64,000 nucleotides of DNA from Candidatus Dojkabacteria bacterium (GCA_016932785.1 JAFGCJ010000002.1:337777-401776), one strand, 5' to 3'; numbered from the stretch's first letter, positions 36,441-46,519 are shown. The notes: generated by a model from the sequence alone, not told the origin. Numbers and translations: made by a program.

Positions 36441-38285
36441 TCAATCTTCGACAACCCTATAAACATAAAGAGTTTTATTCTTAAGCTCAACCTTCTTCTC
36501 CAAAACAAGCCATTCTTGACTTTCAAGCAAATCTAGACTCCCATAATCCCCTTTGTCTTCATACCCTTCCAATACGATGAATCCAACTTCACTGATTTCA
36601 TATTTCTCAATTTTTTTCTTGAAAACATTGATGTCGTACCACTTGAATGCATAGTACTCACCCGGTTCGGGAACATACAGCATACCCTTCTTCGGGACCC
36701 ACTCAAGTAGATGCCAGTTCCACTGCGGATCAAACTCTAAGTCTTTACTATAAAAAGCGGGTAGATGAGTCCAACCTATATCATTCATCCAAACTCCATC
36801 TTCTTCATCAAAGTTGTTCATTACTTCTCTGCATTCCATATTTACTCCCCACTTAAGTGTCTGAGAAACTTGACCGTTAAGCAAAAGAAATGCCAGACTA
36901 ACAGATGCAGTTATTGAGCCAAGCAAAAACACATATGCAGATTTGAATAAAAAGAAATTCTTATCTTTAAATCGACGAGCGAAGCAGAAAAATGCAAGAC
37001 CCGAGATGAGTATGACATTTAGTAGAGCTTTAATCACAACAAAATCCTCCTCAAAAAACAATCCTACAGCAACCAGTAGAAACGTAATTAAAACAGAAAA
37101 TATAACTAACCTCTTTCGTCGCAAACCCTCTTTCAGGAAAAACACATACATGATCACAATCAGAGGCACAACAGGAAACAGATATCTGCCATAGGAAGCC
37201 CGGAATATATATACCCCAAGATATGAGAAAAGAATACACGAAGACATCACCATATTAAAACGACTTTTTTTGACCCATTCTATAAACGAGCTTAAACTGA
37301 ATAGAACAACGGGAACAATAATTATCTTAGGGACAGATATAAACGTAAAAGTTCTTGGATACACAAGCTTCCCAAAATAGGACAAAAACAAATTTACAGC
37401 TCGAAAACCCATCTTCAGGAATCCTGGACTTCCATCATAAATTGGTATGTTATATATGGTTTTGGCCTCTTCCTCAACGAGATTGGCCGTCGCAAATTTA
37501 GGAGTAAAATGAGTAGCCGCCCATTCAAATCCATTTTGAATCAAGCCAAGAGTATTCGCCAGAAAGATGTTTACAGGAATAATTGGCGTGCAAAACATTA
37601 ATATTATGAAGACAACAGACGGAAGAAGCAACAAGAATGTTCTTCCCAGAACCGTCTTTAGTAAATTTGCCGTACTCTTCTTGTTCTTCCTCCAAGCCTC
37701 TATACAAATATACAGAATAAAACCAGGGATAATAGCAAAAAAAACATGATCTTTAGCATCAAGAACCAAAACCAACAGAAGTCCTTGTAGTATCCAGCTC
37801 TTCTTTTCAAGCACTATATAAATAAAGAGTAAAAGAGAAAAAACGGCCGGAATCTCTCTGTAGTATGTAGGAACAAGTTTCAAAAAATCGAAAGTAGTTG
37901 CAAAAAGAAATACCCCAGCAAGGGCCCAACCCCGAAGTTTGAAGAATTTCTTAAGTATTAAATAGAAAAGAACACATGATGCCGCCCCTAAAAATATATG
38001 AAACAGAGTAGCAACAAATACTGAAGGCCCAGTAACCCAATAAACAATAGCCACAGGAATTTTGAACAGAAATCCATGAACACCGACAGCATAGTTGCCT
38101 ATCCACTTTCCCTGTCTTAAAAGCTCAGAAATAATCATGGTCTCCCGCAGGTAAATACTTTCGTCTGAAACAATGTTTCTGAAAAAAGTAACCGCAATGC
38201 CATAACAGACTACCCCAAAAACAAGAATCCAGAGCCCATATTTTTCTATAAAGCTGCGAATTTTTTTATTAAACATTGTCGGCAA
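36441..38285 (-). CDS. GT-C-type polytopic membrane glycosyltransferase (ArnT/PMT-like) with soluble C-terminal domain
   Basis: 614 aa with about 12 hydrophobic helices, an acidic first loop (VSDESIYLRE) and a ~140-aa C-terminal soluble domain. Assignment rests on architecture and context only. Confidence 0.6.
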   Translation of the reverse strand: MPTMFNKKIRSFIEKYGLWILVFGVVCYGIAVTFFRNIVSDESIYLRETMIISELLRQGKWIGNYAVGVHGFLFKIPVAIVYWVTGPSVFVATLFHIFLGAASCVLFYLILKKFFKLRGWALAGVFLFATTFDFLKLVPTYYREIPAVFSLLLFIYIVLEKKSWILQGLLLVLVLDAKDHVFFAIIPGFILYICIEAWRKNKKSTANLLKTVLGRTFLLLLPSVVFIILMFCTPIIPVNIFLANTLGLIQNGFEWAATHFTPKFATANLVEEEAKTIYNIPIYDGSPGFLKMGFRAVNLFLSYFGKLVYPRTFTFISVPKIIIVPVVLFSLSSFIEWVKKSRFNMVMSSCILFSYLGVYIFRASYGRYLFPVVPLIVIMYVFFLKEGLRRKRLVIFSVLITFLLVAVGLFFEEDFVVIKALLNVILISGLAFFCFARRFKDKNFFLFKSAYVFLLGSITASVSLAFLLLNGQVSQTLKWGVNMECREVMNNFDEEDGVWMNDIGWTHLPAFYSKDLEFDPQWNWHLLEWVPKKGMLYVPEPGEYYAFKWYDINVFKKKIEKYEISEVGFIVLEGYEDKGDYGSLDLLESQEWLVLEKKVELKNKTLYVYRVVED

Positions 38286-38393
38286 GCGGAAATATAATTT
38301 CCCGGAACACCCAAAAAGATTTTATCACAATGAAACTAAGTTTACTTTGGTACATCCAAATGGTATAAACTCTTTCAAGAAATGATAATCATC

Positions 38394-38525
38394 ATGGACC
38401 TAACAATACTGGCATTGACTCTCTTGCATCTGATTCAGATGATATTCTATGATCAAATGATCACATACAGCCTTGTAATAGCATCGTTCTTGCTTATAAC
38501 TAGATTTTTCTTCGGGAAAAAATGA
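38394..38525 (+). CDS. Possible 43-aa hydrophobic peptide
   Basis: My translation: MDLTILALTLLHLIQMIFYDQMITYSLVIASFLLITRFFFGKK*. Its stop overlaps the next ATG (ATGA). Confidence 0.25.
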   Translation: MDLTILALTLLHLIQMIFYDQMITYSLVIASFLLITRFFFGKK

Positions 38526-38782
38526 TTGAGACTCTACTAATTATATCTATTCTAACAGTTGCATTTTTCAATATACACCTAACATTGAGCGATCTGCTTA
38601 CCACAATCAAAGCGACCTCAAAAATTGACTCCTCAAGAATTTCCTTTGCATTGGCAATTGCTATCTGTGGCTCGGCTTTTTTCTATCTCAAGCTTGGCAA
38701 CAAAAGTCCCATTTCGTTACCTATACTTTTCCTGGCGTGCCTACTTCTTTTCTGGATTGGAATGAAAATCTCTAACAAATAG
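38522..38782 (+). CDS. Small membrane protein (3 predicted TM segments)
   Basis: 86-aa ORF, strongly hydrophobic, on the opposite strand to the flanking glycosylation genes. Confidence 0.4.
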   Translation: MIETLLIISILTVAFFNIHLTLSDLLTTIKATSKIDSSRISFALAIAICGSAFFYLKLGNKSPISLPILFLACLLLFWIGMKISNK

Positions 38783-38789
38783 CAACATG

Positions 38790-39377
38790 TTATTGCCTGT
38801 CGAATTTATTTAACAGGCGCGAAAGAATAATTCTGCTATATTCAATGATTGATCCAGCCCTATAAACAGGGACAAAGTCAAGATCACCTTCATAATTTTC
38901 CCCGTCTACAAGAAGAACACCATCTTTATAGGAGTCTCCCACTGAATACTTTAGTTCAGGACAATAATCTTGCCCAGATATTGTAAAAAAATACATTTTG
39001 CCACGAGAATTATCTATTTCCTTAAATCTAAAATTCATAGCATTGCATTTATTTACAAAGGGGCTTTGACGCAATACTGCATGCCGAACAACATCACCCT
39101 TACTGTCACGGACATCAATCTCAACATCCTTTGAAGGAGCAACACAATTATTAACAACAAGATCGAACCCCACCAGATTATTCTCGGTGGCAATAAAAGT
39201 CTGTTCCACTCTATTATCATCGACTTCAATTAATTCATAACCATCTTCTGCAAAATTCTGAGGCACAAAAATTTGAACAGTGTCATACTCTCTTACAATC
39301 AAAAGGTAACCAAAAGGGCTAAGAATTACCAATATAAAAATTGCACATAATATTTTTCCCAAAATCTTCTTTTTCAT
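38790..39377 (-). CDS. Membrane-tethered beta-sandwich-like protein; looks like a detached C-terminal domain of GT-C enzymes
   Basis: 195 aa with an N-terminal TM helix. The pattern VEQTFIATENNLVGFDLVV...VEIDVRDSKGDVV...FRFKEIDNSRGKMYFFTI...DGVLLVDGENYEGDLDF resembles C-terminal domains that I recall being fused to ArnT-like proteins. 4-nt overlap with the upstream membrane protein. Confidence 0.5.
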   Translation of the reverse strand: MKKKILGKILCAIFILVILSPFGYLLIVREYDTVQIFVPQNFAEDGYELIEVDDNRVEQTFIATENNLVGFDLVVNNCVAPSKDVEIDVRDSKGDVVRHAVLRQSPFVNKCNAMNFRFKEIDNSRGKMYFFTISGQDYCPELKYSVGDSYKDGVLLVDGENYEGDLDFVPVYRAGSIIEYSRIILSRLLNKFDRQ

Positions 39378-40756
39378 AAATAATACCTAGTCAAAATAAG
39401 CACGACACAAAAGAAATTGAAGAGAAACATTCCACATACAAGAATCCTGCATATTGCCTTCACAAATTTCGTCGGTACAATGCTAGTCAAACCGACAACC
39501 AAGATTGCAGCAATTGGAAAAAGTATAGGAAAGTAATACCGGCCCTGCGTGGGGAAACTAGTGTAACAGGTAGTATAAAAAACCCTAAGAAACATATACG
39601 AGAGAAAAGCCTCAAAAGCTACCACCAGGCTAACCAGAATTATAACATTCTTATCTTTTTTTCTTGACCTGAAATCTCTAACTGTTTTGTAAATAAACCT
39701 CAGTACAGCGATTATACACACCACTGCCGCTATAGCATAAACATACTTGGGAAGAAGTGTGTCCAACCACCCAAAATTACCGACAAAATTCTGGAACACA
39801 ATCTTATACCTGGGAAAAACGGCTGCTTCAACATACCTGAAAAACGGAAGATTCCTACAATTATCAACGTATTCAACAAAGTTATCCCGAACTATACCTG
39901 TATTCCCAGCTGGATTCGGATAAAGACTTTTAAACAGGATCACATTCCGAATAAAATATGCCAGAGGTATAACCATCGGAACAGCGAACACTACGAACTC
40001 TTTCCACCTAAATTTCTTTATGATTCTTATCCCAAATACAAAACATATTATCGGCACAAAGATTAGAAACTGTGCCTTTGATAATATTCCCAAGACGCAC
40101 CACAGGGAAGCTGCTACATAATCTATCAACACCAATTCCTTTCGGTTAAAAGCTTTAAGCACATAGTAAATTGAAGCCATAGAAGAGGTAAAAAGAAGTA
40201 CATCATTATTCACCCCTGAACTTATAAACATATACATCGGCCAAAAATTAGCTACGGTCACAATAGCTAATCTCACATACTTGTTTTTTGTTAAAAATCT
40301 AGACGCTCTTTCGGAGTAAATAAAAGATGCCACTGAAAGAGCAACACCAACTATACGAAGGATAAACAACACTGTCATCATTCCAAAACCTGAAAACATT
40401 GCATAAAAGATAGCTCCAATTATATAGTACGCCGGAGGATGATTGAAGACGTGGGCCGCATTAAATGAATCAACATCAGTAGAAGATTGTTTTTCGAAGT
40501 CGAAGTGATAATTCCAATTATGAAAGACTCTGTTTGATTGATTTACTTCAATTTCCTTCTCTATCGAAGGCGAATCCTCTAGAAAGTTGCTATCATATAT
40601 ATCGCTTCTATTCGGAATCCTTAGATTCTCAGCAATAAATTGGACATATCGAAGATGAGCCTGCTCATCAGGAACCTGAAAGGGAGGAATTATTGTAACC
40701 CATAGAAAACCCAGCACAATAAATAGAACAAGCAGGTTTTTAAAAGGTTTTTCCAC
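39374..40756 (-). CDS. DUF2142-like polytopic membrane protein (putative GT-C glycosyltransferase)
   Basis: 460 aa with more than 10 TM helices. The N-terminal loop IIPPFQVPDEQAHLRYV carries the PDE..H motif I associate with DUF2142. Confidence 0.6.
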   Translation of the reverse strand: MEKPFKNLLVLFIVLGFLWVTIIPPFQVPDEQAHLRYVQFIAENLRIPNRSDIYDSNFLEDSPSIEKEIEVNQSNRVFHNWNYHFDFEKQSSTDVDSFNAAHVFNHPPAYYIIGAIFYAMFSGFGMMTVLFILRIVGVALSVASFIYSERASRFLTKNKYVRLAIVTVANFWPMYMFISSGVNNDVLLFTSSMASIYYVLKAFNRKELVLIDYVAASLWCVLGILSKAQFLIFVPIICFVFGIRIIKKFRWKEFVVFAVPMVIPLAYFIRNVILFKSLYPNPAGNTGIVRDNFVEYVDNCRNLPFFRYVEAAVFPRYKIVFQNFVGNFGWLDTLLPKYVYAIAAVVCIIAVLRFIYKTVRDFRSRKKDKNVIILVSLVVAFEAFLSYMFLRVFYTTCYTSFPTQGRYYFPILFPIAAILVVGLTSIVPTKFVKAICRILVCGMFLFNFFCVVLILTRYYL

Positions 40757-40824
40757 AAAAATACAATCTAAATTAACTTAAAAATTATACTCTACTCAAG
40801 TATTTTTGTTAAAAGCTTCATAAA

Positions 40825-40833
40825 TGCTATAAT
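40825..40833 (+). promoter_or_regulatory. Extended -10 (TGCTATAAT) upstream of the S8 protease gene
   Basis: TGCTATAAT at 40825-40833. It argues against the TTG at 40835 as the start and favours ATG 40853 or 40862. Confidence 0.45.
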
Positions 40834-40852
40834 ATTGAAAATAACTTCATCT

Positions 40853-43819
40853 ATGCTCATCATGAGAAGGAAACTGCGAGTTGCCATTCTTTCACTTTTC
40901 CTAGTTTTTTCAGTTGTATTAATAGCAGGCCTGTTTATCTCACAAAGAGTACATTCAGAGAATGACCGACTATGGGATGAAGTCTATGAAATGACATCTG
41001 ACGAAAAGGAATTTGCTCTGGACAGAATTATTGTTAAGTTCAAAGACAACGCATCGGAGAAAGAAATCAAGAAGAGTTTATCCAGTACCACCGTCGATAT
41101 AGAAAAAACAAACCTAATATCAAAAAGAAACGTCTACTCTATTTACATTTCCGAAGAAAGATCAACAGACGAGGCTGCCAAGTTCAGCCTTTCCGGATTA
41201 AGTTCAAAAACATCAGAGGACCGGGATGGGCGGGAAGAAAAAATTGCCACTCTCCGAGAAGCACTTCTTGGATATCTCAAGGATCCAAACGTCGAGATAG
41301 CTCAACCAAGCTATGTCCATAGATTCTCCACCTGGATCACAAACGGCGTCAGAGATCTTCCCGATGACTATAACGCGTCAGAACACTGGTACTATGACAA
41401 AGGAAATCTGGGACAAATGTGGCAAGACCAGGACTGCGGTACCGGAGGATCCGGATGCGGCGGCGACAACAATATTGTTGTCGCAGTCTTAGATTCAGGT
41501 CTTGCATACGAGGACCACACAACCGACTATTTTCCAGCCTACACAGGAGATCCCACAGCTTATGACTTCTATACCGCATCAGAATATAACAACAGTAACG
41601 GATTCTCTTTATACACAAATTCAGATGAGACCGGATGCGATGATGGCGACGATGACGACGGAAACGGATATATCGATGACTGTCACGGCCTAAACGCTTA
41701 CGAACAGGCAATCTGCAACTATAACTCATGCACAACATCGCAAGAATCTGAAATCGGCCATCCAAATGACGACTACGGGCATGGAACATTTGTAACAGGA
41801 CTTATATCTTCGATTGTAGAAAATAACGCCGGAAGTATATCACCAGCCCCTAATGTATCAATAATGCCAATAAAGATTTCCGAGAGAGTCTCACACAGTT
41901 TACCAATGTATGTCGGAGACCCTCCTTCACCAGCGATTTTCACCGAAACAATTATCTATGGAATTGAATATGCGATATCAGAAGGTGCAGATGTAATCAA
42001 TATGAGCTACGGATCAAGCAGTTCAAACTATATAGAAGAATACTTCATTAAGGAAGCATACAACAACGGCATAACTCTAGTAGCCGCTGCAGGTAATGGC
42101 TTTGGAGATGCAATAGAATATCCGGCAGCATACTCTGAGGTAATAGCCGTAGGAGCAACAGACAGCTCAGACAACAGAGCAAACTACTCAAATAGAGGAA
42201 GCGAAATGGACTTAGTTGCTGCTGTCGGAGATGGATCCGGTACCGGAAACGCAGCATGGCAGCAAAGTATTACTATGCTTGACACCAATGACTACGGCAC
42301 CTGTCTTGTCACTGAATATACTGATGAAACATCTTGTACCACAAATGGATACTCATGGATTGGAGGAAGATGTATCGATCCCTACAATGAAAATGCCTTC
42401 GACTGCATTACATCAGGACTTGACTGGGAAATCGGTGACTATAGTGCAACATCTACATTTCATGGAATTGGAACCTCATACGCATCACCGCAGGTAAGTG
42501 CCGCAGCAGCATTAATAAAGGGATCGGCAAATTACCCACAAAAACCTAGCGAAATAAGGAACTTTCTTAGAATAAATACAACATCACTCTCTAGCGGTTT
42601 TTCTAAGGATTTTGGTTTTGGACTTCTCAACTTCGAAGGCATAACAAATTTCGACTATGTTATGAGATTGATCCATAGCGGTAACTCAAGAGGAAATACG
42701 GATATCAGTGACTGGGACTATGGATACTGGAAATCCGAATGTATGAACAGCGGATTTCTTCATGGTCTAAGCATGAACACAAGCACATATGATCTTAACG
42801 GCATGGTTTGTGACGATACAGGTACTGACCTTATTGAACCTAGTTCTTCCTACAGCGTTCACACATTTAACGGTGGGAACTCTCGCGGTTCTACGAACTC
42901 CGGAGACTGGGACTACGGTTATTGGAAAGGCGAATGTGGTAATAATGAATACATTACAGGCACGAGTATGAAAACTTCCACCAGGGATAGTCAATCTATA
43001 CTTTGTAGAGAATATAACGATGATAACATCGCCATGTCTTGGGAATATAAAAAGTACACAATCCCAGGCGGCGATCGTGGATATGGTTCAACAGCGGCCG
43101 GCGATTGGGACTATGGTTACTGGAAATCCCAATGCAGTGTATATGAGATGGCCGTTGGTGTAAGTATGAGCCCAACATCCAGACATGATCACGGACTCTT
43201 ATGCCGAAGATATGAAGAAATCCCAAGCGGACACATGATAAGATTTTATGATGGCAGCAATTCCAGAGGGACTACTGCAGCCGGAGACTGGGCCTACGGC
43301 AGATGGAAAGGTGAGTGTAATGAAGCTAGCTTTGTAAAAGGTACCAGCATGAATCCGTCAACAGGTCAGCCAAGTGCTATGCTGTGCAAAGACGAAGATC
43401 CGTACCTTCTCGACAGTCCTCTTTCATACAATGTATATACTTACAACGGAGGCAACGATCGAGGATCAACAGCATCTGGAGACTGGGACTTTGGATACTG
43501 GAAGGGCGAATGTGCTGATGACGAGTTTATCGCAGGATTTAGCATGTATCCAAGCAGTGCTGGAAGCAATGCGTACGATCCATATTCCATAATATGTAAA
43601 AAATACGATCCCAGTAAGATAGATATAACATCGAACTATACAGCTTACGTTTACTATGGAAGTGAAGACCCAAGAGGAGATACTTCTACAGGAGACTGGA
43701 ATTATGGAAACTGGAAAGGCGAATGCGCATCAAACGAGATAATGACAGGAGTTAGTATGAACCCTTCCACAAAGATGCCTCACGCAATACTTTGTAGGGA
43801 ATACACTGTCGTACCCTAG
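40853..43819 (+). CDS. Secreted subtilisin-like serine protease (S8) with N-terminal prodomain and six C-terminal Cys-pair repeats
   Basis: Catalytic triad contexts VVAVLDSGLAYEDH, DDYGHGTFVTGLI and HGIGTSYASPQVSAAAALI. Ca-binding-type insert DDDGNGYIDDCHG. Prodomain-like LDRIIVKFKDNASEKEI...NVEIAQPSY. Signal anchor RVAILSLFLVFSVVLIAGLFI. Confidence 0.9.
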   Translation: MLIMRRKLRVAILSLFLVFSVVLIAGLFISQRVHSENDRLWDEVYEMTSDEKEFALDRIIVKFKDNASEKEIKKSLSSTTVDIEKTNLISKRNVYSIYISEERSTDEAAKFSLSGLSSKTSEDRDGREEKIATLREALLGYLKDPNVEIAQPSYVHRFSTWITNGVRDLPDDYNASEHWYYDKGNLGQMWQDQDCGTGGSGCGGDNNIVVAVLDSGLAYEDHTTDYFPAYTGDPTAYDFYTASEYNNSNGFSLYTNSDETGCDDGDDDDGNGYIDDCHGLNAYEQAICNYNSCTTSQESEIGHPNDDYGHGTFVTGLISSIVENNAGSISPAPNVSIMPIKISERVSHSLPMYVGDPPSPAIFTETIIYGIEYAISEGADVINMSYGSSSSNYIEEYFIKEAYNNGITLVAAAGNGFGDAIEYPAAYSEVIAVGATDSSDNRANYSNRGSEMDLVAAVGDGSGTGNAAWQQSITMLDTNDYGTCLVTEYTDETSCTTNGYSWIGGRCIDPYNENAFDCITSGLDWEIGDYSATSTFHGIGTSYASPQVSAAAALIKGSANYPQKPSEIRNFLRINTTSLSSGFSKDFGFGLLNFEGITNFDYVMRLIHSGNSRGNTDISDWDYGYWKSECMNSGFLHGLSMNTSTYDLNGMVCDDTGTDLIEPSSSYSVHTFNGGNSRGSTNSGDWDYGYWKGECGNNEYITGTSMKTSTRDSQSILCREYNDDNIAMSWEYKKYTIPGGDRGYGSTAAGDWDYGYWKSQCSVYEMAVGVSMSPTSRHDHGLLCRRYEEIPSGHMIRFYDGSNSRGTTAAGDWAYGRWKGECNEASFVKGTSMNPSTGQPSAMLCKDEDPYLLDSPLSYNVYTYNGGNDRGSTASGDWDFGYWKGECADDEFIAGFSMYPSSAGSNAYDPYSIICKKYDPSKIDITSNYTAYVYYGSEDPRGDTSTGDWNYGNWKGECASNEIMTGVSMNPSTKMPHAILCREYTVVP
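42674..43816 (+). repeat. Six tandem coding repeats (61-71 aa period) with consensus GGNSRGsT..GDWDYGYWKGEC....f..G.SM.pS......ilC..Y
   Basis: The DW(D/A/N) codons recur at 42710, 42905, 43103, 43286, 43481 and 43694, giving spacings of 195, 198, 183, 195 and 213 nt. Each unit has exactly two Cys. Confidence 0.85.
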
Positions 43820-43908
43820 ACGTAATTAAAACCAAAGACAGATACAGAAGGGACAATAGTGCTTGAGCTTCTTGTAAACTAATCGAAATACCAATAAAAT
43901 ATCCCTCG

Positions 43909-45438
43909 ATGAAGGCAAATTCTAAGGTAGTAGTACGCGGCTCAATAATAATGTTTATTGGAATTGTCGCCCGTACAATAATACTTTTCATAAGAAAAAT
44001 CTATATCGGTCGAGCTCTTGGTGCTGAAATATTAGGCTCATTTACTCTTGCGCACACAATATTCCAGATTGTTACACTCATTAGCCTTTTTGGGCTATAT
44101 AGAACTATAAACCGGTTTTCCCCTCAGTTCAGAACAGAAAAAAACGATAACAAGCTTAATACCCTGATAGGCACATTTCTAAAATTCTCAGTCTTACTCA
44201 GTATCGTTTTTACAATTATTGTCTTCGGTTGTGCCCCCTTCTTTTCAGATCTGTTCAATGATCAGCAGCTCGCTCAAGAACTGAGAATCCTCATTTTATG
44301 CACACCACTCTTTATAGGTATAAGACTACTCGTAGCCATCTCTACAAGTTTTGAAAACACGAAACTTGAAGCACTAATAGAGCATATCATGTTGACTATT
44401 ACCACAACTGTCGCCCTCGTAATTCTTGTATCCCTAGGAATCAGGGAACACGCAATATCCTACTCGTTCTTAATAGGATATGTCCTAAACCTCGCGCTCA
44501 CTGTATTTCTCACAAGGTACACAAATTTAAAGCATTTGAAGTTTTCAAAATTACTAAAAAACTTCGACAAGAGATATCTTTTTTACTCTATACCAATATT
44601 CATTTTTTCAGTATTAACATTTCTTACTCAATGGTTTGACACCTTCATATTAGGCTACTTTAATTCCAGCGAAGACGTCGGTGTTTATAATATAGCCCTC
44701 ACAATTTCAACATTGCCCACTCTTCTCTCAAGTTCCTTGAGTACAAGTTTCTTCCCTACAGTATCAAGACTTATTTCTTCTGGTGAACTCAAAGAGACTA
44801 AAAGACTGTATCGAGATATTATAAGAATTCTTTTGTTTATTACAGTTCCTTTAATGGCAACTCTAGTAGCATTTTCAAATGAAATACTTGGAGTTTTTGG
44901 AAAAGAATTTCATTCAAGCAATTTCCTAATGCTCTATCTCATATTCGGTGCACTCTTCACAATTGTTACTGGCCCTATTGACCTTGTTCTTACAGCATTA
45001 GACAAACAGAAAATGGTCACTGTTAATGCAATAATTTCTATCGTTGTATCAATAATCCTGAGTTTCTTGCTAATTCCAAAATACGGAATTTTAGGTGCAG
45101 CAATAGCAAACTCAGCAGCCATTTCGACACAAAGATTGCTTGGCTTGATCGAACTGAAGTTAATCAAAAACTTTACACCCTACACAATGAAGACATATTT
45201 TATTATTTTTGTCGGATCAGTACTCAGCTTATCACTGTATCTACTCAAGCCCTATGTCATTCCTGAAGTCATATACTCAAACATGTTACTGGCTATTGGA
45301 TTCCTGGCACTTTGCACTGTTGGTTCATATTCGGCATTCCTCATAATCGTTGTTCTTTTTAAACTTTATCACGAGAAAGACAAAAACCTTATAATAACAA
45401 CTATTAGAAAATTCATACCAAATGGCCTCCCAAATTAA
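43909..45438 (+). CDS. Wzx-like polysaccharide/oligosaccharide flippase (MOP superfamily)
   Basis: 509 aa with about 14 TM helices. The N-terminus VVRGSIIMFIGIVARTIILFIRKIYIGRALGAEILGSF is typical of polysaccharide biosynthesis (Wzx) proteins, and the gene is embedded among GT genes. Confidence 0.7.
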   Translation: MKANSKVVVRGSIIMFIGIVARTIILFIRKIYIGRALGAEILGSFTLAHTIFQIVTLISLFGLYRTINRFSPQFRTEKNDNKLNTLIGTFLKFSVLLSIVFTIIVFGCAPFFSDLFNDQQLAQELRILILCTPLFIGIRLLVAISTSFENTKLEALIEHIMLTITTTVALVILVSLGIREHAISYSFLIGYVLNLALTVFLTRYTNLKHLKFSKLLKNFDKRYLFYSIPIFIFSVLTFLTQWFDTFILGYFNSSEDVGVYNIALTISTLPTLLSSSLSTSFFPTVSRLISSGELKETKRLYRDIIRILLFITVPLMATLVAFSNEILGVFGKEFHSSNFLMLYLIFGALFTIVTGPIDLVLTALDKQKMVTVNAIISIVVSIILSFLLIPKYGILGAAIANSAAISTQRLLGLIELKLIKNFTPYTMKTYFIIFVGSVLSLSLYLLKPYVIPEVIYSNMLLAIGFLALCTVGSYSAFLIIVVLFKLYHEKDKNLIITTIRKFIPNGLPN

Positions 45439-46519
45439 GAAAAACACCCTTTACTACTTCATAGAAAAGTTTGATAAACATTATCTGACTAAAAACATCG
45501 GTATATTTGCAAAATACCTTAGCAATGATTTCAATATAGAATTCATTTCATTAAAAATTACCTCAGATCTAAAAGGTGTCCCCTACGTAGTAACCAAAAT
45601 ACCCTTTATAAAGCTGCTAAACAATCAGATTTACTTTCCATGGAAAGTGCTAATCAAAACAAAGAGAAATGACGTGCTCTGGGCTTACCCCGGACATTTC
45701 GGTGCGTTTGTAGCCATGGTTATATCTAGAATAAAAGGCTCCATACTACTTCTAAAAAGCGACTCCTTTCCTCTCTTCAAAAACATCAGAAATCCACAAA
45801 ACTTGCAAAACAAAATCAGCAATTACTTGCTCTACAGACTTCCAATTCGAGCTTCTAACATAATAATCGCCGAAACAAAGTCTACCAGAGACTTTCTTAC
45901 CCAAAGATGGCATATAGCTGAAGAAAAAATAGTCATGGTTCCAAACGGAATAATTCTGTCCGAATACAAAAAAATTGATAAATCGCTAGGAAATATACAG
46001 AGAAACAAATCTATCCTCTACCTCGCAAGAATTACTAAAACAAAAGGTTTTGATTTATTTATAGAGGCCATCAAGAAATTCAAAGACGAATACCGAATAG
46101 ATGTAGCCGGACCCGTAGAAGAACCTGAGATCTTTAATAAATATAAGAATGTTTTTGACCACCCTACCATTAACTATCACGGCCCTCTCTACGAGAAAGA
46201 TCTTTTCCGAATGCTAAAGAGATCGTATATTTTCGTAAATTCATCTAGAAGCGAGGGGTACAACAATACAATACCAAAAGCTCTATTTTTTGGATGCAAA
46301 GTTGTAGCTACCAACGTTGGCGAGACAAGAGATATTCTAAAAGACGGAGAATTTGGGATTCTATGCAAACCGGAGAAGGATCATCTCGAAGCTGCAATAG
46401 AAAAATGCATTGACTGGGATCCGGACTGGAAAGGAATACGCAAATACCTCTCCAATGAATTGAACTGGGAGAAAAATATAATTCCACTGAAAAGATCAAT
46501 TAAAAATTGTATGAAATAG
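45422..46519 (+). CDS. Glycosyltransferase family 4
   Basis: 365 aa with a GT-B C-terminal motif: NSSRSEGYNNTIPKALFFGCKVVATNVGETRDILKDGEFGILCKP. Confidence 0.8.
   Translation: MASQIKKNTLYYFIEKFDKHYLTKNIGIFAKYLSNDFNIEFISLKITSDLKGVPYVVTKIPFIKLLNNQIYFPWKVLIKTKRNDVLWAYPGHFGAFVAMVISRIKGSILLLKSDSFPLFKNIRNPQNLQNKISNYLLYRLPIRASNIIIAETKSTRDFLTQRWHIAEEKIVMVPNGIILSEYKKIDKSLGNIQRNKSILYLARITKTKGFDLFIEAIKKFKDEYRIDVAGPVEEPEIFNKYKNVFDHPTINYHGPLYEKDLFRMLKRSYIFVNSSRSEGYNNTIPKALFFGCKVVATNVGETRDILKDGEFGILCKPEKDHLEAAIEKCIDWDPDWKGIRKYLSNELNWEKNIIPLKRSIKNCMK

Noticed and set aside
41349-41789. 146-aa Arg-rich minus-strand ORF
   Set aside because: It is antisense to the catalytic domain of the S8 protease.
42674-43816. 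Periodic ~195-nt DNA repeats considered as a possible CRISPR-like or satellite array
   Set aside because: The period is far too long and the copies are diverged and in-frame. They are protein-coding domain repeats of the S8 protease. No short direct-repeat/spacer array exists anywhere in the window.
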